Positions 9,780 to 17,985 of a stretch of 41,524 nt of DNA are shown here, piece after piece. This DNA comes from an uncultured Oscillospiraceae bacterium. Its GTDB lineage: Bacteria > Bacillota > Clostridia > Christensenellales > Aristaeellaceae. How positions within the stretch are numbered: position 1 is the first letter of the stretch; every line of letters starts with the position of its first letter. The stretch is taken from contig CAZCBC010000003.1 of assembly GCA_964496775.1 (NCBI GenBank), positions 1-41,524 on the forward strand, in the 5' to 3' direction. The position numbers and the translations under genes were made by a program. The notes under the pieces are model-generated. The model made no database searches. It had not been told where the DNA came from and was given only the letters and a program-made list of their open reading frames with translations.

Positions 9780-10733
9780 CTAAATGATGCCACTATCGGG
9801 ATCAATACGCTTAGCAATGCTGTTTGAGAGCAAAACCAAAGTCAACCCGATGGTGGATTTAAAAAGGCCCGCAGCAGTCGCCTCAGAAAAACGGGCCTGC
9901 TCTATACCTGTTTTATAAACATAGGTATCAATAATATCAATCTTTGATACAACTAAGGGATTGGATAACGCGAAAATTTGGTCAAAGCCTGCATCCATTA
10001 CTGTACCCACTCTAAAGATAAACAAAATGATAATTGTTGGCCGCAAAGAAGCCAGTGTAATATGCCACATCTGTTTCCATTTACCGGCTCCGTCAATCAT
10101 CGCAGCCTCGTATAATTGCTGGTCAATTCCAGTGATTGCAGCCAAATATACAATTGTTCCCATACCAGCAGCTTGCCAAACATAAGAAATAATGACCACT
10201 GCCCGAATACTGTTTTTATCTGTTAGAACATTAGTAACAACAGCCCCTGGTTGTAGTCTCCTGATGATGCCCGGTATCGCTCCGCTTGTTACATTGAACA
10301 TAGCAAAAAGCAAACCGCTGATGATGAACCAAGATATGAAATTGGGTAGTATAACCGCAGTCTGTATCAACTTTTTCGGTCTGCTTTTGCGAATTTCATT
10401 AATCATCAGAGATAAAATGATGGGAACCGGAAACCCGCAGATTAACTTTAGCAGAGAAATTATTACGTTATTTTCAAACGCACGCTGGAATGATACTCGG
10501 GAAAAGAGTTTTCGAAAGACTTCAAAACCAACCCAGTCGCCAGCCCCCTTCACCACACTATACTCTCGAAAAGCATATGTAATACCAAACATTGGAATAT
10601 AGTGAAACAGTATAAAATAAACAATACCAGGAATAAGAAGGGCGTAAAGCAACCCATCTCGGCAGACACCCCGAAAAAAGCGTATCCCTCGTTTATTGAC
10701 GGTCTTTATATTTGTATTCGAAAAAACTGCCAT
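9780..10733 (-). CDS. Carbohydrate ABC transporter permease (LplB/MalF-like), set A
   Basis: Multi-TM protein with EAA-loop 'EAAMIDGAGKWKQMWHITL'. The ORF-track start at 10769 is a TTG. ATG at 10733 (MAVFSNTN...) has a GAGG 9 nt upstream and gives an N-terminus comparable to paralogue 19308-20300. Confidence 0.8.
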   Translation of the reverse strand: MAVFSNTNIKTVNKRGIRFFRGVCRDGLLYALLIPGIVYFILFHYIPMFGITYAFREYSVVKGAGDWVGFEVFRKLFSRVSFQRAFENNVIISLLKLICGFPVPIILSLMINEIRKSRPKKLIQTAVILPNFISWFIISGLLFAMFNVTSGAIPGIIRRLQPGAVVTNVLTDKNSIRAVVIISYVWQAAGMGTIVYLAAITGIDQQLYEAAMIDGAGKWKQMWHITLASLRPTIIILFIFRVGTVMDAGFDQIFALSNPLVVSKIDIIDTYVYKTGIEQARFSEATAAGLFKSTIGLTLVLLSNSIAKRIDPDSGII

Positions 10734-10792
10734 ATTGAAAAACCTCATTATATGTACTTGTCGCTGCAAACCAATACACTACTATGCTAATT

Positions 10793-10821
10793 AGTATAAG
10801 TTGTCAAAAAATATCTGTCAA
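10793..10821 (-). promoter_or_regulatory. SigmaA-type promoter for ABC set A (TTGACA-17 nt-TATACT)
   Basis: Minus-strand -35 TTGACA (10816-10821), 17-nt spacer, -10 TATACT (10793-10798), about 55 nt upstream of ATG 10733. A second TTGACA (10802-10807) lies inside the spacer. Confidence 0.6.
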
Positions 10822-11092
10822 GTTCAAAGGAGTTTACATCCTCTATACACTATTGGTGCCATGGAAGGGGAAACAGATAAAATCCACCAAGCAATCCCAC
10901 CTCCATACGCTGTAAACATTCTGACTTCAATCACGATAAGATCATTATCAGCTTTGATATAATCAAATGCATCTCTCCTGTTCGGAATGCTTATATAAAA
11001 TTTGTAAATCTATTCTCCAGAATACCATTCAAGCGGTTTAAATGTCGGAGCAAACCGTATCATTACATCAGAATCCCAGCACCGTAGCGAAG

Positions 11093-13150
11093 TCAGATTT
11101 CCGTAGCAGTAGCCATTTCAGCTACGATATTCACCAAGGTTTTCTTATCGGTTTGGGCGTTCGTAATCGTAACCGTATGGTTGCGTGCGGTAGGATTCCA
11201 CAGTGTGACTGCCATGGTACCGTCCTCAGCCCTCCACCCCTTCACGTAAACATAGGGATTGTCAGTCGTAAAGCCATCCGTGTCTACAAACAAGCCTCGC
11301 AGCAGATGCTTTTCATACTGATGATACAGGGCATTCAACTCCTTGAGGTACGCAGTATAGTTGGGCAAATCCTTCAGACTGCCGCAACAGCGATAGATCG
11401 TCATGTCAAACCGAAGTCCCAGCAGAAAGCTGTAGCCCGCCATGGCGCGGTAATGATCTTCATCCTCGCCGCATTCCCGGTTGGTACTCATTAGTTCCGG
11501 AAAAGTATAACGGTACATTTCTATAAGGCGGCTGTCCATGCGTGCGGCATCAAGATTTTCAGCAGCAACAGGATCAAGCAGACGCGCGTCCGGCTGTGAG
11601 TTGGAACCGTGGCTGATATCCATGCTTTGTCCGTAAATATCCACATTGTGTTCCATCAGGATTATTTTGTCATCGCCAAAACTTTTCACATAGTCCCGCA
11701 GGCCGCTGTAGTTGGCGGCTTTACTTTCATGGGAATGGCTTGGTTTTTTATGCGTGTGACCCTCAGCATAACAAAAATAGGGGAACCAGCCACCTATATC
11801 GTACAGCACACCGTCAGCACCCAAATCCAGACATTGTTTTGCCGACCACTTCATCTTTTCCTGCCACAACGGTGCGCCAGGGCATGCCAGATACATAGGC
11901 ATGGCCGGATTGCCGATTTTGCGATAAGTTCCTTCGCCGCAATAGGTTTCTGAGAAAGGAATATCCTCCCCCCAGAGCGAACGGATGGGAACGCTTTGGC
12001 CGCCCTCCTTCAAATAAAAATCGCTATAATGATCTACCAAAGCGTAGCTCAAGAACATCAGTACCCGTCCACCCTTTTGGTGAACATAGTCAATGCCTTC
12101 TTTCAGTTTTTCTACGCCGCCCATCCGTTCATCCACATAGTAATCGGGCCACATTCGGGCAAAGCCGCCTTTTTCCCAGCCCAACAGGTAGAGCGTATTA
12201 AAACCGGCAGCAGCAGCCTCGTCATACAAGGCGGGAATATCACTGTAATCCCAATTGAGTTCACCATGCTGTTGCTTCAAAATTACGCGCAGCCATCCAG
12301 TCATGTCACGGCACCAGTCCGGACGCTCAGGCGGAACAAACCCGCCGCTTATTTCCATAAAGGAGCGATAGAAACGAGAGCCCGCATGCCAGTCGCCCAG
12401 ATGGGGAAAACAATCAATCGCCTGTCCCTGCCAGCGCTCACCAGCCTTAAGCATGGGATAGCGAATCATACCGAAACGCAGTACGTTCAGACGTGTATCT
12501 CTCTCAACATGCAGACACAGTGCCTGACGCGTGGTATCCTCGGAGCCGATATACAGACCTTCCTCGCTGTTGTACCAGTCGAACCACTGCATTGATGCCT
12601 GCTCCCCCTGGTACATTGCATCCAAGTCGGTATGGAACTGGTCATGGCGTTCGTACTTTCGAAATCCGGCGTAGGTGGACAGATCGTTGTAAGCGGGATT
12701 TGGGATACGAATCCCTAAACCTCTGGGCCAGGCAATAAAATCATCCTTATGACAGCCAGACAGGGAACGGACACCGGAGACTGGCGTTACCTGAAGCTCC
12801 TGCAAAACAACGGACGAATCGCGATTTTCTAATTCCGCTATAACTCTCAGGCCACGCGGGTCACTCAAAAACCGCAATATCAGGGACGCATCAATCAGGC
12901 GTCCATCCTCACCAATCAATGAATCACAGCGTAACGTAAGTGCATCCTCGTCAGCAGAAATCTGCTGCTTTTGATCATCCTGCCAAACCACGCATTCTAC
13001 TCGCTCGGTACCGGGAATGGAATAGATTAGCTTCCAAACCGTCCCCGGTATCTCTACATACTCGTGATTTGTCGCCAAGTGAAGGAACGAACTGTTGTGT
13101 CCCTGATTGTCCAGCGCATAGGAAATAACCTCGTTTTTAATCGTATACAT
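11093..13150 (-). CDS. Uncharacterised ~700-aa protein family 'X700', copy 2
   Basis: Carries motifs 'GFNTLYLLGWE', 'GGRVLMFL', 'GADGVLYDIGG' and 'IILMEHN', collinear with copies 1 and 3. The ORF-track start at 13165 is a GTG overlapping the upstream stop. ATG at 13150 (MYTIKNE...) has GTGAGG 9 nt upstream. Confidence 0.55.
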   Translation of the reverse strand: MYTIKNEVISYALDNQGHNSSFLHLATNHEYVEIPGTVWKLIYSIPGTERVECVVWQDDQKQQISADEDALTLRCDSLIGEDGRLIDASLILRFLSDPRGLRVIAELENRDSSVVLQELQVTPVSGVRSLSGCHKDDFIAWPRGLGIRIPNPAYNDLSTYAGFRKYERHDQFHTDLDAMYQGEQASMQWFDWYNSEEGLYIGSEDTTRQALCLHVERDTRLNVLRFGMIRYPMLKAGERWQGQAIDCFPHLGDWHAGSRFYRSFMEISGGFVPPERPDWCRDMTGWLRVILKQQHGELNWDYSDIPALYDEAAAAGFNTLYLLGWEKGGFARMWPDYYVDERMGGVEKLKEGIDYVHQKGGRVLMFLSYALVDHYSDFYLKEGGQSVPIRSLWGEDIPFSETYCGEGTYRKIGNPAMPMYLACPGAPLWQEKMKWSAKQCLDLGADGVLYDIGGWFPYFCYAEGHTHKKPSHSHESKAANYSGLRDYVKSFGDDKIILMEHNVDIYGQSMDISHGSNSQPDARLLDPVAAENLDAARMDSRLIEMYRYTFPELMSTNRECGEDEDHYRAMAGYSFLLGLRFDMTIYRCCGSLKDLPNYTAYLKELNALYHQYEKHLLRGLFVDTDGFTTDNPYVYVKGWRAEDGTMAVTLWNPTARNHTVTITNAQTDKKTLVNIVAEMATATEI

Positions 13151-13161
13151 GATGTGGCGCC

Positions 13162-14589
13162 TCACTTTCTCAACTCAGCAAAATCACCAAAAGTAATCAG
13201 CAAAGGATAATCTTTCAGGGGCATGTTCAAAAGTGTAAGAACACCGTCTTCCACGCACATCCTTTCAGGAGTGATGGTGTAGACTGTTCCGTCATAAGGA
13301 TCAATCAGGCGAACGTTTCCCTGTTGTCCAATAAAGGAGATGGTGACCGAGGCATCCAGATCAACGGTCAGGATGTTTTCCACCTTCCAATAGGCAAAGC
13401 AACGGGCGTCGCCTGCCCCCTCAAAGCCCTGACAAAAAAATCCGGCATCCGCTTGACGCAAGTCCACATCCCGTCCACCGGTTAACGTATTCTCACGGCA
13501 CTCAAACTGTACAGGCAGATGAGCCCTATGAACCTCTCCCGTAAACAGGGAGCAAAGGTTCTGCATAGCAAAATAGGCCTTCTTTTTATGATATGCGCCA
13601 AGGGGATGTCCACTCTCGTCAAATGATTCTCCAAGAAGTCCAAAAAAGCCATACCAGTCCTTTGTCATTTCGCCTTCATCGTTTACAATATTTTCAAAGA
13701 TGTCAGCGGTGGAAAACCAACTGGTAAAATAAACGTCACTCATCAGATCAATCAGGATCTTGCGAAGCAGAAACTTGGTTTGGCGATGCTCCGTCCACTG
13801 CGCCTTTTTGAGCGCACCCTGCGTGGAATACGAACTTTGGGTGCCGGTTTCCCCTTGAATGATGCCGATATGCTGTCCACCAAACGAATCCAGAATCGCA
13901 CGGATATTCCTGACATATTCCAACACACCGGTATCAACGTCAAAGACGTACCGATGATAGGTTACATAGTCCGTTATCGCTGCAAGTTCGCGGCTCATAA
14001 AACGATACAGAAATTCAAGCTCCACACAAAAGGAACCGACCAATACTTTGGCCTGTGGATTGGCCGCCTTGATAACCCGGGCGGTGCGCAGGGCAAAATC
14101 ACCGTACTGTTTTGCGTTTGACTTAGGCCGCCAACACCACGCACCATCCGGCTCGTTCCACACTTCAAAAAAACTTATGCGTCCTTCATAGTGTCGAACA
14201 ACAGCCGCCACATAACAATCCCACGCAACGCGTTCTTCTTCCGTAGAAATCGGTGGGTGTCCTACGGCCCCTGCCTTATTGTTGGCTGAGGGCGTGTATA
14301 GCTCATTGCCATAGCACAAGCAAAGCCAGGGTTCCACGCCTTGCAAAATCAGATTATCCACAATGCTGTCCAGCCACGCGAAATCGTATACTCCGCGCAC
14401 GCTTTCGGTACGGCACCAACCGGATTGGATACGAACCCATTTCACGCCAAGTTCGCCAATGGGACCATAACAGGGATTTGGATCGTACAGGTCGCGGTCA
14501 AGCTTTTCGAGGCCAATGCCGATTCGTGACGAAACAATATTGCGCGAGTGCTTCGGGGCAACGTGACCAATGGGAGTAAGACCGTACAT
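13162..14589 (-). CDS. Clan GH-A glycoside hydrolase, GH39-like, copy A
   Basis: 475 aa. 'FFEVWNEPDGAW' is an NEP acid/base motif and 'GIIQGETGTQS' holds a candidate nucleophile Glu. About half identical by eye to 26606-28015. AAGGAGG RBS. No signal peptide. Confidence 0.65.
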   Translation of the reverse strand: MYGLTPIGHVAPKHSRNIVSSRIGIGLEKLDRDLYDPNPCYGPIGELGVKWVRIQSGWCRTESVRGVYDFAWLDSIVDNLILQGVEPWLCLCYGNELYTPSANNKAGAVGHPPISTEEERVAWDCYVAAVVRHYEGRISFFEVWNEPDGAWCWRPKSNAKQYGDFALRTARVIKAANPQAKVLVGSFCVELEFLYRFMSRELAAITDYVTYHRYVFDVDTGVLEYVRNIRAILDSFGGQHIGIIQGETGTQSSYSTQGALKKAQWTEHRQTKFLLRKILIDLMSDVYFTSWFSTADIFENIVNDEGEMTKDWYGFFGLLGESFDESGHPLGAYHKKKAYFAMQNLCSLFTGEVHRAHLPVQFECRENTLTGGRDVDLRQADAGFFCQGFEGAGDARCFAYWKVENILTVDLDASVTISFIGQQGNVRLIDPYDGTVYTITPERMCVEDGVLTLLNMPLKDYPLLITFGDFAELRK

Positions 14590-14615
14590 GCTACCTGCCT
14601 CCTTTTTGTAGCTTA

Positions 14616-17600
14616 TTACATAAGTGTGGCATATAAGTTGGTAGGATTGTTTTTCAAGCTTTCTTGGGCTAATTTGGCTGCAGTCCGCACATCACCTGCG
14701 GCAAAGTGGGCCATGGCGCGCTGCCAATTCACGTTCGCCATACGAATCCGCCTGGCATCTTCCATGTAAGAGATAAAGAACGGCGTTGTTTTTCCGTATC
14801 CGGGATCAACTGCAGCAGCCGTATTTTCCTGTGCACGCAGATGAGCAGCAATCCGTTCGCGTACCTCCGGTTCATGTCCACCCTGCAAGGTACGAGCCAT
14901 GGCTTGCCAGCAGGGCAGCTCCGGCAAGTGCATATCTGTAAAGTAATCTTGCCGATGGAGAAGAATCCATTCCAGCAACTTGGTTGCTTCGCTTTCCCTG
15001 CCAAGTTTTTTCAGACATACAGTCTCAAAGTAGCGATGAGGCACCAACAATACATCGTTCCAAAGTCCGGCACCAAGGTTTTCGGGAAGAACCTGTGCCT
15101 GTCTAAAATGCTCCAGCGCTGCTTGAGTTTCACCGGAATTCAACGCCTTTCGTCCCAGCGCATGATGGGCAAACATGTACTGTTCCGCCACGGCATGTTC
15201 GCCGCCTTCACAGGGGGTAAACCGTTTGTTCCGCATAATTTCAAGCACCTGCTCGTGACTGCCGGCCAAGTTCAGCGCATGGCAAAGGGTGATCATTACA
15301 TCCTCGCGGGGATTATTCTCATCCAGCAAGAACGCTGCGATAGCGTTCGGATTCTGACCGGTGTGCAGCATCACATGTGCTCTTTCCCAAATCAGCTGAC
15401 CGTCATGGGGTTGCAGTGCCAGCGCCCTATCCAACAGCTCCAATGCCTCGCTGCGGCGGTTAAGGTGACTGTAACGGGCAACAGCCATATTGCGCAAGTA
15501 GCGGTAGTTTTTCGGAGCGAGAACGGACGCCTGCTCCCACAGCTTCTCTGCCCGCTCATGATGACCGTGGTGATACAAAAGGCAGGCAAGCAGATCGCGG
15601 GCATTGGCATCCTCAGGTGCAGCGAGGACAGCTGCTGTCAACGCTTTATATTCAAGCATACGGGATGGCCATGCGATTCCGTTTCCAAGCTTTTCAGCGG
15701 CATACAAAGCGTTCGAGTCTCCACAAAGATACCAGCGTACATACTCGGTCTGGGCACATTTTTCCGGCAGCCCCTTCAGTAGCGTACAGGCAAAGTCAAC
15801 CTCACCCATGTCTACCAGCTCTTCCGCGACATCCAGAAGCGTTTGGCAAGCATCGCTTTGCAGCGAATGATAGAAAGCAGGAACTGCTCCCTGCCGCAAC
15901 GCCCGGCAAACGGGATTCAGCCTATCGTATTTCCAGAGACGATCCAGTACACCACGCATGGCTTCGGGGTCGCCGGCACAGCTAAGCGCCAGTACCAACT
16001 GAGCAGTCTCGTTCCGGGTGTGCTCTTGAAGCGCCTCTTTAGCTAACTTTTCCATCACAACACGGTCGCCCTGGCGGCCCTTGATCATCGCGGCACGGGT
16101 CAGCGCGCGACTACGGCTATCCTGCGCCCATGCAGACTGCATGTACCATTCCCAAGCCTGTTCATCTTCACCCTGCGCTTCCAGAATACGGCCCAGCACA
16201 TATTGTAGCTCGCCGCTTTCCGGATGAAAGTTGCGCATAGTGACCTTTTTCCACGCACGCATCGCATAATCGTATGCTGCATCAAAGCGAAAATGATTCA
16301 GTTCACTGTTTGCAAGGGCTGTAAGGGCAGGTACGTATTCCGGATCACGGCGGATCGCCTCCTGCCAATATGTCTCTGCACGGGTAGCCGGATCCCGATA
16401 CTGCTCCACATGAACACCCATCAGATACAACTCCTGCGCGGTATGCAGCTTGTCCAGCGAGGGATTGTCCGGGAGGACGGCAGGCATTTTCCGGGCGACC
16501 TTGTTGTCCGGTCTTGTATACTTAAGCAAAACGCGGCCATCGGAAGAGCGGAGTACAAAGGCTGACACTTCATCGTCTATGGCTGTTCTGAAGTCGGCAT
16601 CAGGAGAGGTGTTCAGCATGATTCTTTGTCCGTTGATCTCCAGTTCAGCATTGTTCAGTACAACAGTCGCCTGAAGTCGCAATTCGCCATCATGAATTGA
16701 AACAGCCGCTTCACGGCATGCACACAGCGGTGTCCCAATATCGCCGATAGGGTACCACATCTGGCTGAATTCCTTTCCCTCATAGGGCATCAGCCAGGCA
16801 AAGTCCGGCTGGTTGAGAGAATAGGAGCTGGCCATCAGTTCCGCATAAGCGCCGTCCGTATCCGTAAGAGCATTTTCCCAGCTTGAAGCCAGCTGACTGT
16901 ATGCCCATGTAAACATTTTTTTGCCAACAGACACAGTATGATCCGCCACATGAATCACACCACAGCGTTTACCCTCATCGTAGCCGCCAAAGAAATCGTA
17001 CTTTGTTTCAGCACAGAAATATGAAGTGGGCTGGCGTGTGTTCTTGTGGTAAGAAATATCTATGCCATCGCCCATACGAATACCGTTATACACACCGCCG
17101 GCGATAGGATAGCTGATAACATTTTTGCGGTAGTGAAATTGAACATATGTTACATCGGGCGGGAAAACCAGACGATACTGCGGGTTGACGGGAACGGCCG
17201 CGTTTTCCCACCATAGAAAGGAATGCCGTGTTGCCGTGCGATTGTAAACCTTCATCCGAGTATCAAAACGAGCTTCACCGGGCGCGAGATAAACACCAAC
17301 CATACCCTTCATGCGGTTCAGCGGCTCATTTTCGCTCATCCACACAGTAACTGCGCCGTCCAAATGCTCCTCTATGCATACGTCTACAGGCATGTAGGTA
17401 CTGGGCCGATGGTGGCAGGGCCAGTTAAACTCGCAGCCGCCAGAAATCCAACTCCCCAACAGGCCAATCAAGGCGGGCTTGATAACATGTTGCTTATAAA
17501 AAAAATCATATCCTGTACGCTTGTCAAAGGCGGAATAGATACGCCCTCCCAATTCGGGCATCAACTCGATACGAAGATACTCATTTTCCAAGGTGATGAT

Positions 17601-17780
17601 ACGAATCGGTTTTTCGCTCTTACACTCCCGATTTACTTGCATTACAACTTTGCAGGGATACGGATTTCCACTGGAACGCTGGTGGACGCGATTTTCTGCA
17701 AACATTGGCAATTCTTCTGCCGCAGGCGAATCGTAAGTAGGCATAAGCCGGATTTCGTCTGTCACAATCACTTTTTGCAT
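14616..17780 (-). CDS. DUF5107-like N-terminal domain fused to a long TPR/helical-repeat region, copy A (long form)
   Basis: About 1054 aa. N-terminal motifs 'WISGGCEFNWPCHH', 'FLWWENAAVPV' and 'FTWAYSQ' are shared with 23069-25042. The C-terminal ~600 aa are Ala/Leu-rich TPR-like repeats. ATG at 17792 abuts the GGGGGAG RBS, so ATG at 17780 is the likelier start. No signal peptide. Confidence 0.6.
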   Translation of the reverse strand: MQKVIVTDEIRLMPTYDSPAAEELPMFAENRVHQRSSGNPYPCKVVMQVNRECKSEKPIRIITLENEYLRIELMPELGGRIYSAFDKRTGYDFFYKQHVIKPALIGLLGSWISGGCEFNWPCHHRPSTYMPVDVCIEEHLDGAVTVWMSENEPLNRMKGMVGVYLAPGEARFDTRMKVYNRTATRHSFLWWENAAVPVNPQYRLVFPPDVTYVQFHYRKNVISYPIAGGVYNGIRMGDGIDISYHKNTRQPTSYFCAETKYDFFGGYDEGKRCGVIHVADHTVSVGKKMFTWAYSQLASSWENALTDTDGAYAELMASSYSLNQPDFAWLMPYEGKEFSQMWYPIGDIGTPLCACREAAVSIHDGELRLQATVVLNNAELEINGQRIMLNTSPDADFRTAIDDEVSAFVLRSSDGRVLLKYTRPDNKVARKMPAVLPDNPSLDKLHTAQELYLMGVHVEQYRDPATRAETYWQEAIRRDPEYVPALTALANSELNHFRFDAAYDYAMRAWKKVTMRNFHPESGELQYVLGRILEAQGEDEQAWEWYMQSAWAQDSRSRALTRAAMIKGRQGDRVVMEKLAKEALQEHTRNETAQLVLALSCAGDPEAMRGVLDRLWKYDRLNPVCRALRQGAVPAFYHSLQSDACQTLLDVAEELVDMGEVDFACTLLKGLPEKCAQTEYVRWYLCGDSNALYAAEKLGNGIAWPSRMLEYKALTAAVLAAPEDANARDLLACLLYHHGHHERAEKLWEQASVLAPKNYRYLRNMAVARYSHLNRRSEALELLDRALALQPHDGQLIWERAHVMLHTGQNPNAIAAFLLDENNPREDVMITLCHALNLAGSHEQVLEIMRNKRFTPCEGGEHAVAEQYMFAHHALGRKALNSGETQAALEHFRQAQVLPENLGAGLWNDVLLVPHRYFETVCLKKLGRESEATKLLEWILLHRQDYFTDMHLPELPCWQAMARTLQGGHEPEVRERIAAHLRAQENTAAAVDPGYGKTTPFFISYMEDARRIRMANVNWQRAMAHFAAGDVRTAAKLAQESLKNNPTNLYATLM

Positions 17781-17843
17781 ATCAAAACACATCTCCCCCG
17801 CAAACTGTCAATTGTCTCTATCAATCCTATCATATTCAAAATG

Positions 17844-17873
17844 AGTATAGCATTTGTCCATTTACACGAACAA
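17844..17873 (-). promoter_or_regulatory. Candidate sigmaA-type promoter of the minus-strand array (TTGTTC-18 nt-TATACT)
   Basis: Minus-strand -35 TTGTTC (17868-17873), 18-nt spacer, -10 TATACT (17844-17849), about 60 nt upstream of the DUF5107-like start. Confidence 0.45.
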
Positions 17874-17923
17874 TGGGAAAGTTGTCGGACTTTTTCCGAA
17901 GATGTTGATTCCCTTTCCGTACA

Positions 17924-17952
17924 TTGATTACCGTTTCAAAATATGGTATGGT
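17924..17952 (+). promoter_or_regulatory. Candidate promoter of the regulator gene (TTGATT-17 nt-TATGGT)
   Basis: -35 TTGATT (17924-17929), 17-nt spacer, -10 TATGGT (17947-17952), about 30 nt upstream of ATG 17986, which has a GAAGAGG RBS. Confidence 0.4.
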
Positions 17953-17985
17953 AATTTATATTGCATGTATGAAGAGGTTGTCGAT

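Noticed and set aside
10861-10962. 33-aa plus-strand ORF (MEGETDKIHQAIPPPYAVNILTSITIRSLSALI), an 18-aa minus-strand hydrophobic ORF in the 323-nt gap, and a 9-aa uORF at 39701-39730
   Set aside because: None has a properly spaced RBS and none has a recognisable motif. They are too short to support from sequence alone.
11996-12595. 199-aa plus-strand ORF (and 11042-11494, 11609-11953) antisense to X700 copy 2
   Set aside because: These are shadow ORFs inside a gene supported by three-way paralogy. They have no RBS and no motifs.
14706-15782. 358-aa plus-strand ORF, plus many other 60-130-aa ORFs antisense to the DUF5107-like gene
   Set aside because: It lies entirely inside a well-supported 1054-aa minus-strand gene with paralogue support. 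The translation is Ser/Arg/Cys/Gln-rich, there is no RBS, and this is a typical shadow ORF in GC-richer coding DNA.
17854-17985. N-terminal extension of the regulator ORF (MSIYTNNGKVVGLFPK...)
   Set aside because: It has no RBS, runs through the predicted promoter elements, and adds no HTH. ATG 17986 has a GAAGAGG RBS.
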